Shown here in pieces: positions 8,443 through 19,695 of a stretch of 64,000 bases of DNA. Positions within the stretch are counted from its first letter, which is position 1. The number at the start of each line of letters is the position of its first letter. The notes below the pieces were generated by a model. That model was not told the origin of the DNA, ran no database searches, and worked only from the letters and a program-made list of their open reading frames with translations. The stretch comes from an uncultured delta proteobacterium. Its GTDB lineage: Bacteria > Desulfobacterota > Binatia > Binatales > Binataceae. Made by a program: the position numbers and the translations under genes. The stretch is taken from assembly GCA_963711565.1 (NCBI GenBank), contig CAVQEQ010000001.1, positions 672,001 through 736,000 of the forward strand, given 5' to 3'.

Positions 8443-10578
8443 ATGAACGGCACAATCAGAACGATGCCCGGCAATCCCTATCCGCAGGGAGCTAACTGGG
8501 ACGGGGCCGGCGTGAACTTTTCGCTGTTCAGTGAAAACGCGACCTCGGTGGAGCTATGCCTTTACGATGATCGCGACGCGAATCTCGAGACCCACCGGAT
8601 TCCAGTCACCGAGCAAACGGATCGCGTGTGGCACATTTATTTGACGGGCGTCAAACCGGGCTTGAGATACGGTTATCGGGTCCACGGACCTTACGAGCCC
8701 AACAACGGCCATCGTTTCAATCCGGCCAAGCTGCTGGTGGATCCGTACGCAAAGTCAATCGACGGGTTCTTGCACTGGGACGATGCCTTATTTGGCTACA
8801 CGATAGGTCATCCCGACGAGGATCTAAGCCGCGACGATCGTGACAGCGCGCCGTTCGTCCCGAGGAGCGTAGTAGTCGATCCTTACTTCGACTGGCGCAA
8901 CGACGCATTGCTGCGCATTCCCTGGCACGAGACGATAATTTACGAGCTGCACGTCAAAGGCTTCACGATGCTGCATCCGGAAATCCCGGAAGACCTGCGC
9001 GGCACGTACGCAGCGCTCGCGCATCCCGCATCTATCGAGTACCTGACCAAGCTCGGAATTACCTCGATCGAGCTGATGCCGATACATCATTCAGTCGCCG
9101 ATCGGCACCTCATCGAGCGCGGCCTTACCAACTACTGGGGATACAATTCGCTGGGATTTTTTGCGCCTGACGCGCGCTTCTCCGCGGCCGGTTCAGCCGG
9201 AGAGCAGGTCGCCGAATTCAAGAATATGGTTCGGACGCTGCACAGCGCCGGCCTCGAGGTCCTGCTCGATGTGGTTTACAACCACACCGCGGAGGGCAAC
9301 CAGCTGGGCCCGACAGTTTGCTTCAGGGGAATCGATAACACTGCATACTATCGCGGCATGGACGGGCAGCCGCGCTACTACATGGATTACACCGGATGCG
9401 GCAACACGTTGAACATGCGCCATCCGCGCACGCTGCAACTGCTGATGGACAGCTTGCGCTACTGGGTAACGGAAATGCATGTCAACGGATTCCGTTTCGA
9501 CCTGGCGGCAGCGTTGGCAAGAGAGCTTCACGAGGTCGACCGCCTCGGAGCATTTTTCGACATTATTCATCAAGACCCAATCCTGTCGCAGGTAAAGTTG
9601 ATCGCCGAACCGTGGGATTTGGGCGAAGGCGGCTACCAGGTCGGGAACTTTCCGGTGTTGTGGTCGGAATGGAACGGCCGTTATCGCGACTGCGTCCGGG
9701 ACTATTGGCGTGGATCCGACCAAAGGCTGGCCGAGTTCGCATCACGGCTGACCGGCAGCTCAGATCTGTACGAATCGGGCGGCCGCAAGCCTTACGCCAG
9801 CGTGAATTTTCTAACCGCCCATGATGGCTTCACGCTGAACGACCTCGTCAGTTACAACGATCGGCACAACGAAAAAAACGTCGAAGATAATCGCGACGGC
9901 GAGTCCGACAATCGATCGTGGAATTGCGGCGCCGAGGGTCTTACCGATGACCCTCGCATAAGCATGTTGCGAGCCCGGCAGAAGCGCAACTTCGTAGCGA
10001 CCCTCTTCCTGTCGCTGGGCGTCCCGATGTTACTCGCCGGCGACGAATTCGGCCGGTCTCAACAAGGAAACAACAACGCCTACTGCCAGGACAACGAAAT
10101 TTCCTGGTTGGACTGGCAAAACATCGACAGCGACCAGCTCGCCTTTACCCGGCAGATCATCGAGTTCAGCAAGCAGCATCCGGTGTTTCGACGGCGGAAA
10201 TGGTTCCAGGGAAGGTCGATTCGCGGCAGCGACGTAAACGATCTTGCGTGGTTTCGGCCCGATGGAGAACCGATGTCGGACGAAGACTGGGGCGCAGGTT
10301 TCGCGAAGTCGTTGGGAGTGTTTCTCAACGGCGACGAGATCCCCAGCGTCAACGCGGCCGGCAGGCGCGTTCTCGATCAGTCCTTCTACCTGATTTTCAA
10401 CGCTCATTGGGAACCGGTGGAATTTACGCTCCCATCCGAGCGCTGGGGACAGAGTTGGATCCGGGTGCTGGACACCAGAAACGGAACAGCGCCGACCGAG
10501 GGCGAATGGCAGCGCGCCGCCGGGACCAGGATGAATATCGAGTCCCGATCCCTGGTGGTGATGAGCCGTGTTGCCTGA
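8443..10578 (+). CDS. glgX: Glycogen debranching enzyme GlgX/TreX (GH13)
   Basis: GVNFSLFS, YGYRVHGP, KLLVDPYA, IYELHVKG, NYWGYN, DVVYNHTAEG, GFRFDLA, IAEPWD, AHDGFTL, GNNNAYCQDNE. Start moved to ATG 8443. Confidence 0.96.
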   Translation: MNGTIRTMPGNPYPQGANWDGAGVNFSLFSENATSVELCLYDDRDANLETHRIPVTEQTDRVWHIYLTGVKPGLRYGYRVHGPYEPNNGHRFNPAKLLVDPYAKSIDGFLHWDDALFGYTIGHPDEDLSRDDRDSAPFVPRSVVVDPYFDWRNDALLRIPWHETIIYELHVKGFTMLHPEIPEDLRGTYAALAHPASIEYLTKLGITSIELMPIHHSVADRHLIERGLTNYWGYNSLGFFAPDARFSAAGSAGEQVAEFKNMVRTLHSAGLEVLLDVVYNHTAEGNQLGPTVCFRGIDNTAYYRGMDGQPRYYMDYTGCGNTLNMRHPRTLQLLMDSLRYWVTEMHVNGFRFDLAAALARELHEVDRLGAFFDIIHQDPILSQVKLIAEPWDLGEGGYQVGNFPVLWSEWNGRYRDCVRDYWRGSDQRLAEFASRLTGSSDLYESGGRKPYASVNFLTAHDGFTLNDLVSYNDRHNEKNVEDNRDGESDNRSWNCGAEGLTDDPRISMLRARQKRNFVATLFLSLGVPMLLAGDEFGRSQQGNNNAYCQDNEISWLDWQNIDSDQLAFTRQIIEFSKQHPVFRRRKWFQGRSIRGSDVNDLAWFRPDGEPMSDEDWGAGFAKSLGVFLNGDEIPSVNAAGRRVLDQSFYLIFNAHWEPVEFTLPSERWGQSWIRVLDTRNGTAPTEGEWQRAAGTRMNIESRSLVVMSRVA

Positions 10579-13222
10579 GCCGCTATCTACTTACCGCATC
10601 CAACTGAATAGCCACTTCGGCTTCGACGATGCGGCGAAGATAATTCCCTACCTGGAAGAACTGGGTATCGGCCAACTCTATTGCTCTCCCGTTTTCCAGG
10701 CGGTGGCGGGAAGTACTCACGGCTACGACGTGGTGAATCACTCGAAGGTAAGTCCCGAGTTGGGCGGCGAGAGTGGGTATGATCGAATGTGCGACGCGCT
10801 AAAGCGGTCGGGGATGGGCCAGATGCTCGACATCGTGCCGAATCACATGGCGATCGACCGCGAGAATCCGTGGTGGTGGGACGTCCTCGAAAACGGTCCG
10901 TCGAGCGCGTACGCGGAGTTTTTCGACGTTGATTGGGAACCGCCGGAACGCCGCCTCCACAACGTGGTGCTGATGCCGGTGCTCGAGGATCAGTACGGCG
11001 TCATGCTCGAGACTGGAAAACTTAAGGTTGTGCGCGAGGGGGGCATGTTCGAGGTGCGCAACGGCCACAGCGTGTTCCCGGTTGCACCGCGTTCCCTGTG
11101 GCAAATTCTTGCGCCCGCGGCGGTGAAATGCGGAAGCGATGCGCTGGCGTTCCTTGCCGACGGCTTCGACGCATTGCCGTCGCCGGCGGCTACCGATCTC
11201 AAGAGCATATCGCGGCGGCATCGCGACAAATTGTTCCTGGCCGAGATGCTGACAAAATTGCTGAACGAGGATCCGGTGGCGGCAGGCGCGATCGACGAAG
11301 TGGTCGCCCAATTGAACGCGGACCCTGACCTCTTGCACGAACTGCTCGAGCAGCAGAACTACCGCGTTGCGTATTGGCGAATGGCATCGCGCGATCTCGA
11401 TTACCGGCGCTTCTTCGATATCAACTCGCTCATCGGTCTCAGAATCGAGCACGAACGGGTATTCTACGCGACTCACAAGTTGGTGATGCGTTGGGTAGGC
11501 CAGGGGCGTTTAACGGGTCTGCGAGTCGATCATCCGGACGGATTGCGCGATCCGCTGGAATACTTTCAACGCCTGCGGACGGCGTGCCCTGATATCTCGA
11601 TCGTCGCCGAGAAGATTCTGCTTGGCTCCGAAAGGGCTCGTGACTCGTGGCCGATAGACGGCACGACCGGTTACGATTTTATGAACATCGTCGGCCGATT
11701 GCTGGTCGATCCCGCCGGCGCGCAGCCATTGACCGATTTTTATCGTGAGTTCACCGGTGAGCCGGCCGACTATGCCGCGCTGGTTCGCGCGCGAAAACAA
11801 TTCTCGATGCGCGATACGCTGGGCAGCGAGATCAACACGCTCACGGCAATGCTGCTGGAGCTGTGCGAAGCTGACCGCCTCCACCGCGACCACACGCGCC
11901 ACGAGGCGCACGAGGTCATCCGCGCCGCGCTGGCGTGCATGCCCGTTTACCGCACGTACGTTCGCGAGCCTCGCGAAGTCGCGCCTGAAGATGACTGTCT
12001 GATCGCGGCCGCGATTGAGGCCGCCAAGGAGTATCGTCCTGACCTCGACGCGCGCTTGTTCGATTTTTTGCGCGAGATCCTGGCGCTCCGAACAGGCGGC
12101 AAGACAGGCACCGAGCTGGCTCTGCGATTTCAACAGATTTCGGCCGCTGTGATGGCGAAGGGCGTCGAGGACACTGCCTTTTATTCCTTCAATCGGATGC
12201 TCGCGCTCAATGAGGTCGGCGGGGATCCTGATTGCTTTGGCGTCACGCCCGCGCAGTTCCTCGCATGGTGCCGGCGGACACATCGTCGATGGCCACATAC
12301 GATGCTGGCGACCTCGACGCACGACACCAAGCGCAGCGAAGATGTGCGGGCGCGGCTCTTTCTTATTTCGGAGGAGCCCGAGCGATGGAGCCAGGCGGTA
12401 ACGCATTGGGCCGCGATCAACGAGCACCATCGCAGCGGCGAGATGCCGGATCGGAATATCGAATATCATCTCTACCAATCTATGGTCGGCGCATGGCCGA
12501 TCGAAAAATCGCGTCTGCAAGCGTATGCGCAAAAGGCGGCCCGTGAAGCCAAGGTCCACACCTCGTGGACCGATCCAGTGCCTGCGTATGAAGCCGCGGT
12601 CCGCGAGTTCATCGACGGCATCTATGACGATTCGAACTTCATCGCGTCGCTGAATGAATTCGTCGCCTCGGTGATTTATCCGGGGCGGATAAATTCGCTC
12701 GCGCAAACGCTGATCAAGCTGACCGCGCCCGGCGCACCGGACTTCTACCAGGGCTCGGAGCTCTGGAACCTTGCGCTCGTCGACCCCGACAACCGCCGAC
12801 CGCAAGATTTTGATCTACGCAGAAAGCTGCTCGCCGAACTCAAACACGCTACGCCGGAAGAAGTGATGGCGCGTATCGACGACGGGATGCCCAAGCTCTG
12901 GCTGATCCGCAATGGACTTGCTCTGCGCAGGCGGCGCCCCGAATGGTTCGGCGCGCAGGCGGGAATCGAACCGATCGGGGTGAGCGGCGCCCGTCGCGAC
13001 CACGTCGTTGCATTCACGCGCGGCGAATCGGTCATCACGGTCGTGCCGCGACTAGTGGCCAAGCTTGCCGGCGACTGGCGCGACACTGAAGTCGAGCTGC
13101 CGCGCGGCGACTGGGCGAATCAGCTGACGGGCGAGCTATTGCAGGGTGGTCCGGCCCGTGTCGCCGATCTGATGCGTAGATTTCCGGTCGCATTGCTCGC
13201 GCGGGAAAGGATCTCGCCGTGA
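10568..13222 (+). CDS. treY: Malto-oligosyltrehalose synthase
   Basis: STYRIQ, GSTHGYDV, DIVPNHM, YRRFFDI, GLRVDHPDGL, VAEKIL, AKGVEDTAFY, STHDTKRSEDVR, LVDPDNRRP. Confidence 0.96.
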   Translation: MLPEPLSTYRIQLNSHFGFDDAAKIIPYLEELGIGQLYCSPVFQAVAGSTHGYDVVNHSKVSPELGGESGYDRMCDALKRSGMGQMLDIVPNHMAIDRENPWWWDVLENGPSSAYAEFFDVDWEPPERRLHNVVLMPVLEDQYGVMLETGKLKVVREGGMFEVRNGHSVFPVAPRSLWQILAPAAVKCGSDALAFLADGFDALPSPAATDLKSISRRHRDKLFLAEMLTKLLNEDPVAAGAIDEVVAQLNADPDLLHELLEQQNYRVAYWRMASRDLDYRRFFDINSLIGLRIEHERVFYATHKLVMRWVGQGRLTGLRVDHPDGLRDPLEYFQRLRTACPDISIVAEKILLGSERARDSWPIDGTTGYDFMNIVGRLLVDPAGAQPLTDFYREFTGEPADYAALVRARKQFSMRDTLGSEINTLTAMLLELCEADRLHRDHTRHEAHEVIRAALACMPVYRTYVREPREVAPEDDCLIAAAIEAAKEYRPDLDARLFDFLREILALRTGGKTGTELALRFQQISAAVMAKGVEDTAFYSFNRMLALNEVGGDPDCFGVTPAQFLAWCRRTHRRWPHTMLATSTHDTKRSEDVRARLFLISEEPERWSQAVTHWAAINEHHRSGEMPDRNIEYHLYQSMVGAWPIEKSRLQAYAQKAAREAKVHTSWTDPVPAYEAAVREFIDGIYDDSNFIASLNEFVASVIYPGRINSLAQTLIKLTAPGAPDFYQGSELWNLALVDPDNRRPQDFDLRRKLLAELKHATPEEVMARIDDGMPKLWLIRNGLALRRRRPEWFGAQAGIEPIGVSGARRDHVVAFTRGESVITVVPRLVAKLAGDWRDTEVELPRGDWANQLTGELLQGGPARVADLMRRFPVALLARERISP

Positions 13223-14991
13223 GCTGCCGATGGGTCTGGGCGCCATCGGCAACGCGCGTCGCGATGGTGACCAAAAACGATCGGGTCGAGATGCGTCGCG
13301 CAGAACGCGGATGGTGGCGCGCCGATCTGAGCGTCGAGCTATCGCGAGCCGATTACGGTTTCAGCCTCGACGGCCGCCCGCCGTTGCCCGATCCGCGTTC
13401 GCGCTCCCAGCCGAATGGCGTGCATGGACTGTCGCGCCCGGTCGATCATTCGGTTTTCGAGTGGCGACATCCACGATGGCAGACGGCTCCTTTGTCGTCA
13501 GCGATCATTTACGAATGCCACATCGGCACGTTCACGCGAGCCGGCACGTTTGACGCCGCCGCCGAACAGCTTGGCTACTTGCGCGATCTCGGCGTGACTT
13601 ACGTCGAGCTGATGCCGGTGAGCGAGTTTGCAGGTACGCGCGGGTGGGGCTACGACGGCGTCAACCTGTTCGCCCCGCATCATTCCTACGGCGGCCCCGA
13701 CGGATTGAAGCGCTTGGTCGATGCGGCCCACGGGCATGGCCTCGGCGTTATTTTGGACGTCGTTTACAATCACCTTGGCCCGGAGGGGAACTATCTCGGA
13801 AAATTCGGTCCCTACTTTACCGACCGCTATCGCACGCCGTGGGGCGACGCGGTCAACCTCGACGACCGGGATAGCGACGAGGTCCGGCGCTTCTTCTGCG
13901 ACAACGCGTTGATGTGGCTGCGCGACTACCGCGTCGATGGCCTGCGCATCGACGCGATTCAGGCAATCTTCGACGCCTCCGCGATTCACTTTCTCGAGCA
14001 ACTCGGCGCGGAGGTCGATCAGCTCGAAGCCGAAGTGAGGCGCAACCTGATCGTGATCGCGGAAAGCGATCTCAACCAACCGCGAGTCGTCGCGGCGCGC
14101 GAGGCGGGTGGCTACGGGCTGGACGCGCAATGGAACGACGATTTTCATCATGCGCTGCACACAATCCTGACAGGCGAGACGGCTGGCTATCTGGCCGACT
14201 TCGGATCTATCGCGCAGCTCGCGAAATGCCTCACTCGCGGCTTCGTTTACGACGGAACGTATTCGAAGAGTCGGGGGCGCAGCCATGGCAAGCCGGTGAT
14301 CGGGCTCTCGGCGCATCGATTTGTCGCGTTCATGCAGAATCACGATCAGGTTGGCAACCGCGCGATGGGCGAGCGTCTTGGGCATCTGGTGACGATGGAG
14401 CAGCTTAAAATCTCCTCGGCGCTTTTGATGACGTCGCCGTTTATCCCGATGTTGTTTCAAGGTGAGGAGTGGAACGCGTCGAGCCCGTTTCAGTACTTCA
14501 CCGATCATCAGGATTCGGCTCTGGCAGAGGCCGTCCGCCAAGGCCGGCGCGCGGAATTCGCACACTTCGCAGCGGATGCGTCGGAGGTTCCCGATCCGCA
14601 GGCAGCGCAGACCTTCGAGCGTTCCAGGCTCGATTGGTCCGAGCGCGAGCGCCGAGAGCATCGCGAGATCTTCGAATGGTACCGGCAGCTGATCGCCCTT
14701 CGGCGATGCGTACCGGATTTTGAAAACGGCCGACTCGATCTGGATGCGGTGAGTTTCGACGAAGACGCTCGCTGGATACGGATCAACCGTGGCGAGTCTG
14801 CTGCTGTGATTTGCAACTTCGCGCCGGCCTCGCGATGCATACCGATCGCGCGCGAGGCGACCCGGTCGCGCGTTGCGCTCGCATCCAAATCCGGCGTTCG
14901 ACTCGATGGCGCCGTGATTGAAGTTCCCGCGGTCTCGGTTGCAATCCTTCTGCCGAAAGATGGCCGCCTATCGGCGGGTGCGCTCAAATGA
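13219..14991 (+). CDS. treZ: Malto-oligosyltrehalose trehalohydrolase
   Basis: VWAP, PDPRSRSQP.GVHG, WGYDGV, DVVYNHLGPEG, QWNDDFHH, QNHDQVGNR, MLFQGEEW, PDPQ. Confidence 0.96.
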   Translation: MSCRWVWAPSATRVAMVTKNDRVEMRRAERGWWRADLSVELSRADYGFSLDGRPPLPDPRSRSQPNGVHGLSRPVDHSVFEWRHPRWQTAPLSSAIIYECHIGTFTRAGTFDAAAEQLGYLRDLGVTYVELMPVSEFAGTRGWGYDGVNLFAPHHSYGGPDGLKRLVDAAHGHGLGVILDVVYNHLGPEGNYLGKFGPYFTDRYRTPWGDAVNLDDRDSDEVRRFFCDNALMWLRDYRVDGLRIDAIQAIFDASAIHFLEQLGAEVDQLEAEVRRNLIVIAESDLNQPRVVAAREAGGYGLDAQWNDDFHHALHTILTGETAGYLADFGSIAQLAKCLTRGFVYDGTYSKSRGRSHGKPVIGLSAHRFVAFMQNHDQVGNRAMGERLGHLVTMEQLKISSALLMTSPFIPMLFQGEEWNASSPFQYFTDHQDSALAEAVRQGRRAEFAHFAADASEVPDPQAAQTFERSRLDWSERERREHREIFEWYRQLIALRRCVPDFENGRLDLDAVSFDEDARWIRINRGESAAVICNFAPASRCIPIAREATRSRVALASKSGVRLDGAVIEVPAVSVAILLPKDGRLSAGALK

Positions 14992-16785
14992 GCAGCCGGA
15001 TCGAGGACTACGCGCTGATCGGAAACCTGCGCACGGCGGCGCTCGTCGATCGCACAGGTTCGATCGATTGGTTGTGCCTTCCCCGGTTTGATTCGGGCGC
15101 TTGCTTCGCAGCGCTTCTCGGCACGAACGAAAACGGGCGCTGGCTGATGGCTCCACGGGGCGGTATCAAGCAAGTCCGGCGGAAGTATCGCGACAATACG
15201 CTGATACTTGAAACCGAGTTCGAGACTGACAGCGGGATCGCGACCGTGATCGACTTCATGCCCGTGGCCGAGCGGCCGGACAGGACCGATCTGATTCGAA
15301 TCGTCAGAGGCATCCGCGGGCAGGTGCCGATGCGAACGGAATTAGTTTTCCGTTTCGACTATGGGCGGACAGTTCCATGGGTACGAAAACGCGAGTACGG
15401 CATCAGCGCAGTCTCGGGACCGAACGCGATCACGTTTCGAACAGCGGTCCCCCTGACCAGCCAGGACTATACGACCGTCGGCGAGTTCCCTATCAGCGAG
15501 GGTCAGTCAGAGGTCTTCAGATTGAGTAGCTATCCTTCGCACGAAGACGAGCCGGGCGACGCGGATTCGCTCAACATGCTATCGGCGACCGAACAACGAT
15601 GGCGCGATTGGGCCGGCCGCTGCAGTTGCCAGCTCGAATGGCGAGACCCGGTACTGCGGTCGCTGATCACGCTGAAGGCTCTCACATATGGGCCAACTGG
15701 AGGTATCCTTGCGGCGCCGACGACTTCGCTCCCTGAGAGTCTTGGTGGACCGCGCAATTGGGACTATCGATTTTGTTGGCTTCGCGATTCTACTTTCACG
15801 CTCTACGCACTATTGATTTCTGGCTATACGGATGAGGCACGCGCGTGGCGTGAATGGCTACTCAGAGCGATAGCTGGTCATCCGCAAGATACTCAGATCA
15901 TGTATGGAGTTGCGGGCGAGCGAATACTCACTGAGTTGGAGCTGCCGTGGCTGTCCGGCTACGAGAAGAGCGCTCCGGTGCGTATCGGCAACGCCGCTTC
16001 CCAACAACTTCAGCTCGATGTGTATGGCGAGGTGATCGACACTCTACACGTTGCACGCAAATACAAGCTGGAACGCAACGACGACGCATGGCGGCTGCAG
16101 AGCGCGCTGATGGACTTCCTCGAGTCGGGCTGGAAGCAGCCTGACGAGGGAATCTGGGAGGTGCGCGGGCCGCGGCGCGATTTCACGCACTCGAAAGTGA
16201 TGGCGTGGGTGGCGGTCGATCGATCGGTAAAGGAGATTCGTCACGGCTTTGGCGAGGGGCCGCTCGATCGCTGGCTCGCGTTGCGCGACGAGATCCATCG
16301 CGACGTCTGCCAACGCGGCTTCGACGTAAAACGCAACGCCTTCGTTCAATACTACAGCTCGAAGTCCCTCGACGCTTCATTGCTGATGATTCCGCTCGTC
16401 GGCTTTCTGCCGGCAACTGATCCGCGCGTGGTTTCAACGCTCGCCGCGATCGAGCGCGAACTGATGTACAAGGGCCTGGTCCTGAAGATACCCGACCGAG
16501 ACCGGCGTCGATGGCCTGCCGCCGGGCGAAGGAGCATTCCTGCCGTGCACGTTCTGGCTTGCCGATAACTATGCGATCGCCGGGCGCACTCAGGAGGCGC
16601 GGGACCTGTTCATTCGTCTGCTCGATTTGCGCAATGACGTCGGCCTGCTGTCCGAAGAATACGATCCCGTTCTTCGCCGCCAATTGGGAAATTTCCCGCA
16701 AGCCTTTACTCATGTCTCGCTGGTCAATACGGCGCACAATCTCATGCCTGCTAAAGGTCCCGCGGAACATCGATCCGGGCATTGA
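14988..16785 (+). pseudogene. GH15 glucoamylase/trehalase, interrupted by a +1 frameshift at about 16485
   Basis: IEDYALIG, GSIDWLC.PRFDS, AAPTTSLPE, NWDYRFCWLRD, QLDVYGE, PDEGIWEVR. Removing one A from CTGAAGATAC restores LRYPTETGVDGLPPGEGAFLPCTFWLAD...GLLSEEYD...LGNFPQAFTHVSLVNTA to a stop at 16785. This may be a sequencing error. Confidence 0.85.
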
Positions 16786-16807
16786 TCGATCGAACCGATA
16801 CGAGCCG

Positions 16808-18004
16808 ATGCATCCTCTGCGAATATCGACGCGATCCCTGACCATCGTGCTGGCGATACTGATTGCGGGATGCCACAGGTCGCCGGAGCCTGATCAGCTC
16901 AACATCGCGCTGGCGGTTTTCCCCGACGAAGCCGCGCGCTACAGCTTGTTCGTCGGCGATTTCGAATCGCAACATCACGTGCATGTGAAAGTGCTCGCGC
17001 AGACTTACACCGACATCCTGCAGGCGATGCGGGTGCAAGCCGGGAGTCGCGGAGCGCTGGACCTGGTCGAACTCGATCTCGCTACGCTCGGAGAGGCCCA
17101 TCAGTATGCGCAGCCGCTGGACTCGATCGTGTCGCCGTCAGCGCGAGCGTTGTTTTCGAACGAGGCGTGGGACGCCGCGACTATGGATCGTCACCTCTAC
17201 TTTATTCCGCATCGGCTGATGTGGCAGGCGATGATCTACAATCGGGTCGAGGTGCCGAACCCGCCCGCCAATTGGGATGAGCTCGAGCGTTTCGCGCGCG
17301 AACATCCGGGGAAGTTGGCGCTGAAGGGCGCGCGCTACGAGGGCGCGATTTGCGATGTGATGCCGTTTGTGTGGACGGCGGGCGGCAGCGAGTGTACGCC
17401 CGATTCGCCGGACTCGGTGCGAGCGCTCGACTTTCTAAGGCAACTTGCGCCGGAATTGAACGACGAAACCGCGGTGTTTCGGGAGATGTCGGTACTCGAA
17501 GCACAAGCGCGCGGCTCGGTCTGGATTCATTTCAACTGGCCGTTCGCGATGGGCTACCTGCATGCGAAAGGCTTGGCGCCCAGCGTCGATCTTAGCTCGC
17601 CGATTCCGGCAGGCCCCGAAGGACGGGCCACTCCGCTCGGCGGCGGCTACCTTGCGATTCCGAAATCCGCACCTCATCCAAAGCTCGCGGCAGAATTCAT
17701 CGAGTATCTGTTGACCGCCGATACACAAGCGAAATTGAGCCGCGACCTCGGATGGTATGGAAGTGTGGCTCCGGCGCCGGGAAGCGAAGATGCGCAACTC
17801 TACGCCGGCTACACTGCAATGCGACCGTTCGTGCGGGCGCGCCCGACGGTCGATTGCTACGCCGATCTCAGCGACCAATGGCGGCGTGCGATTCGTGCGG
17901 TGCTGTTTGACGATGCCGCGCCGGCGGCGGCGATCGCCACGAACGTTCTCAACGCCAACGACCGATGCGCCTGCGCGGAACCGGCTCGAGGATCGTCGCC
18001 GTGA
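16808..18004 (+). CDS. Sugar ABC transporter substrate-binding lipoprotein (likely trehalose/maltose)
   Basis: Start ATG 16808; lipobox IAG-C; PPANWDEL, YEG, NWPFA, LGGGYLAI. Confidence 0.85.
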   Translation: MHPLRISTRSLTIVLAILIAGCHRSPEPDQLNIALAVFPDEAARYSLFVGDFESQHHVHVKVLAQTYTDILQAMRVQAGSRGALDLVELDLATLGEAHQYAQPLDSIVSPSARALFSNEAWDAATMDRHLYFIPHRLMWQAMIYNRVEVPNPPANWDELERFAREHPGKLALKGARYEGAICDVMPFVWTAGGSECTPDSPDSVRALDFLRQLAPELNDETAVFREMSVLEAQARGSVWIHFNWPFAMGYLHAKGLAPSVDLSSPIPAGPEGRATPLGGGYLAIPKSAPHPKLAAEFIEYLLTADTQAKLSRDLGWYGSVAPAPGSEDAQLYAGYTAMRPFVRARPTVDCYADLSDQWRRAIRAVLFDDAAPAAAIATNVLNANDRCACAEPARGSSP

Positions 18005-18852
18005 ACGCCGCCGCGAAAAGGCTCAGGACGATTTTCGTGCTCGTGCCGTGCGCCTTTATGATCACGATGCTGGCGTTGCCCGCGGTGAACGGCCTGATCC
18101 TGTCTTTCGATCATCACGGTCCGTCGCTAGCCAACTACAGGTTTCTGTTCGACGATTCGATGTTCCGGCGCGCGCTCGCGAACAACCTGCTCATACCGTT
18201 CGCAAGCGTCATCGTCGAATTTATACTCGGACTCTCGCTGGCGCTGACGCTGACGGCCGGGCGCAAGCGCTCCGCATTGATCGACACCGCGGCGATACTG
18301 CCGTTTGCGATCCCTGAAATCGTGATCCTGACCCTCGCCCGCTACATCTGTATGCCGCGGGGATATCTGAACGGCGCCATCATGATGACGGGGATGCCCG
18401 CGCTGCCATGGCTCAGTCCGCGCAGTCCGCTCGCGATGCTCACGGTCATCCTGGTTGACGCGTGGCATGTAACCCCGGTCGTGATGCTGATGTTGATGGC
18501 GGGCCTGCAAACGATTCCAGCCGAACTTTACGAGGCGGCGCGGCTCGACGGCGCCGGAACGCTGGCCACCTTCAGGTTCGTGACGCTTCCGATGCTGACG
18601 CCGGCAATCATCGGCGCACTAATCCTGCGCGGCGTAGATGCGCTGAGGATTTTTTCAACTGTGCTCGTACTCACTGGGCCGGAAGGAGTTCCCGTGCTCT
18701 CGACCTATTCGTACAGCTTGTGGGACGACGCGCAGAAACCGCATGAGGCGATGGCGGCCTCGATGATCCTCGCATTAATGGTAACAGCGATCGGGGTCGG
18801 CGGTTTCATGCTCACGCGCCGGCACTCGCGCGGCGATCGAGCAATAGCGTGA
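18001..18852 (+). CDS. Sugar ABC transporter permease
   Basis: GTG 18001; EAA loop LYEAARLDGA...FRFVTLPML. Confidence 0.9.
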   Translation: MNAAAKRLRTIFVLVPCAFMITMLALPAVNGLILSFDHHGPSLANYRFLFDDSMFRRALANNLLIPFASVIVEFILGLSLALTLTAGRKRSALIDTAAILPFAIPEIVILTLARYICMPRGYLNGAIMMTGMPALPWLSPRSPLAMLTVILVDAWHVTPVVMLMLMAGLQTIPAELYEAARLDGAGTLATFRFVTLPMLTPAIIGALILRGVDALRIFSTVLVLTGPEGVPVLSTYSYSLWDDAQKPHEAMAASMILALMVTAIGVGGFMLTRRHSRGDRAIA

Positions 18853-19688
18853 ACACTCCCGCACACGGCGATCCTGTCGCGGGCGGCTTGCGAGCGGCGC
18901 GCTTCGCAGTGAACGCGTTCGTGCTCGTAGCGGCCGTATTGCCGCTCTACCTGCTCTTAAAACAGTCCGTAACCCCTGAACTCGAAACCTTTGCGTGGCC
19001 GCCGCATTGGCTGCCACATCATCTGACGCTCGCACACTTCATCAGCGTGTTTGCGGTCAGTGACCTGCGCATCGCCGTGCTGAGGAGTCTGGGCGTCGCC
19101 GCGGTCTCTGCAGTGATTGCAACTCTGCTTGGCGCGATGCTGGCGCATGCGATGGCGCGCAGCTCGTTCGCACAGCGCCTCGGTTTTTCAACGGTATCCG
19201 GCGTTCGCCTGTTACCGATGATCGCAGTAGCCATTCCGCTCGGGATGATCCTGGCGAATCTTGGAATCTACGACGCGCCGAGTGGAATCGGGCTGGCTAT
19301 CGTTCACGCCGCAATCGCGATACCGACTGCCGCGCTGACGCTGTACGCGTCCTTCGCCGCGATTCCGCTCGAGATTGAGGAAGCTGCATGGATCGACGGC
19401 GCGTCGCCGTTGCGGATTTTTCTGACAATGGATCTGCCTATGGTCCGCGGCTCGATCGCGACGGCTTTGATCCTCTGCTTCATCCTGAGCTGGGACGAAT
19501 TTGGATTTGCGTTGCTCGTGCAACAGACTAATCGCACACTTCCGCCGCTGCTCTACTACTACACCGTGTTCGGTAACGTCGGCCCCGCCAGTGCCCTTGC
19601 GCTGCTTATGATGATCCCGGCAGTCTTCGTCGTGCTGGCGTTGGGTCCGTCGTTGCGGGGGACCTTGATGGCGGGGAGTTCTCGTTAG
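18849..19688 (+). CDS. Sugar ABC transporter permease
   Basis: IPLEIEEAAWIDGAS, FILSWDEF. Confidence 0.9.
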   Translation: MNTPAHGDPVAGGLRAARFAVNAFVLVAAVLPLYLLLKQSVTPELETFAWPPHWLPHHLTLAHFISVFAVSDLRIAVLRSLGVAAVSAVIATLLGAMLAHAMARSSFAQRLGFSTVSGVRLLPMIAVAIPLGMILANLGIYDAPSGIGLAIVHAAIAIPTAALTLYASFAAIPLEIEEAAWIDGASPLRIFLTMDLPMVRGSIATALILCFILSWDEFGFALLVQQTNRTLPPLLYYYTVFGNVGPASALALLMMIPAVFVVLALGPSLRGTLMAGSSR

Positions 19689-19695
19689 GCGCGTC

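Noticed and set aside
16480-16495. Programmed ribosomal frameshift in GH15
   Set aside because: No slippery sequence or stimulatory element is visible; a simple insertion is more parsimonious.
16511-16807. N-terminal extension of the ABC binding protein in the ORF track
   Set aside because: It overlaps the frameshifted GH15 C-terminus; the lipoprotein signal starts at 16808.
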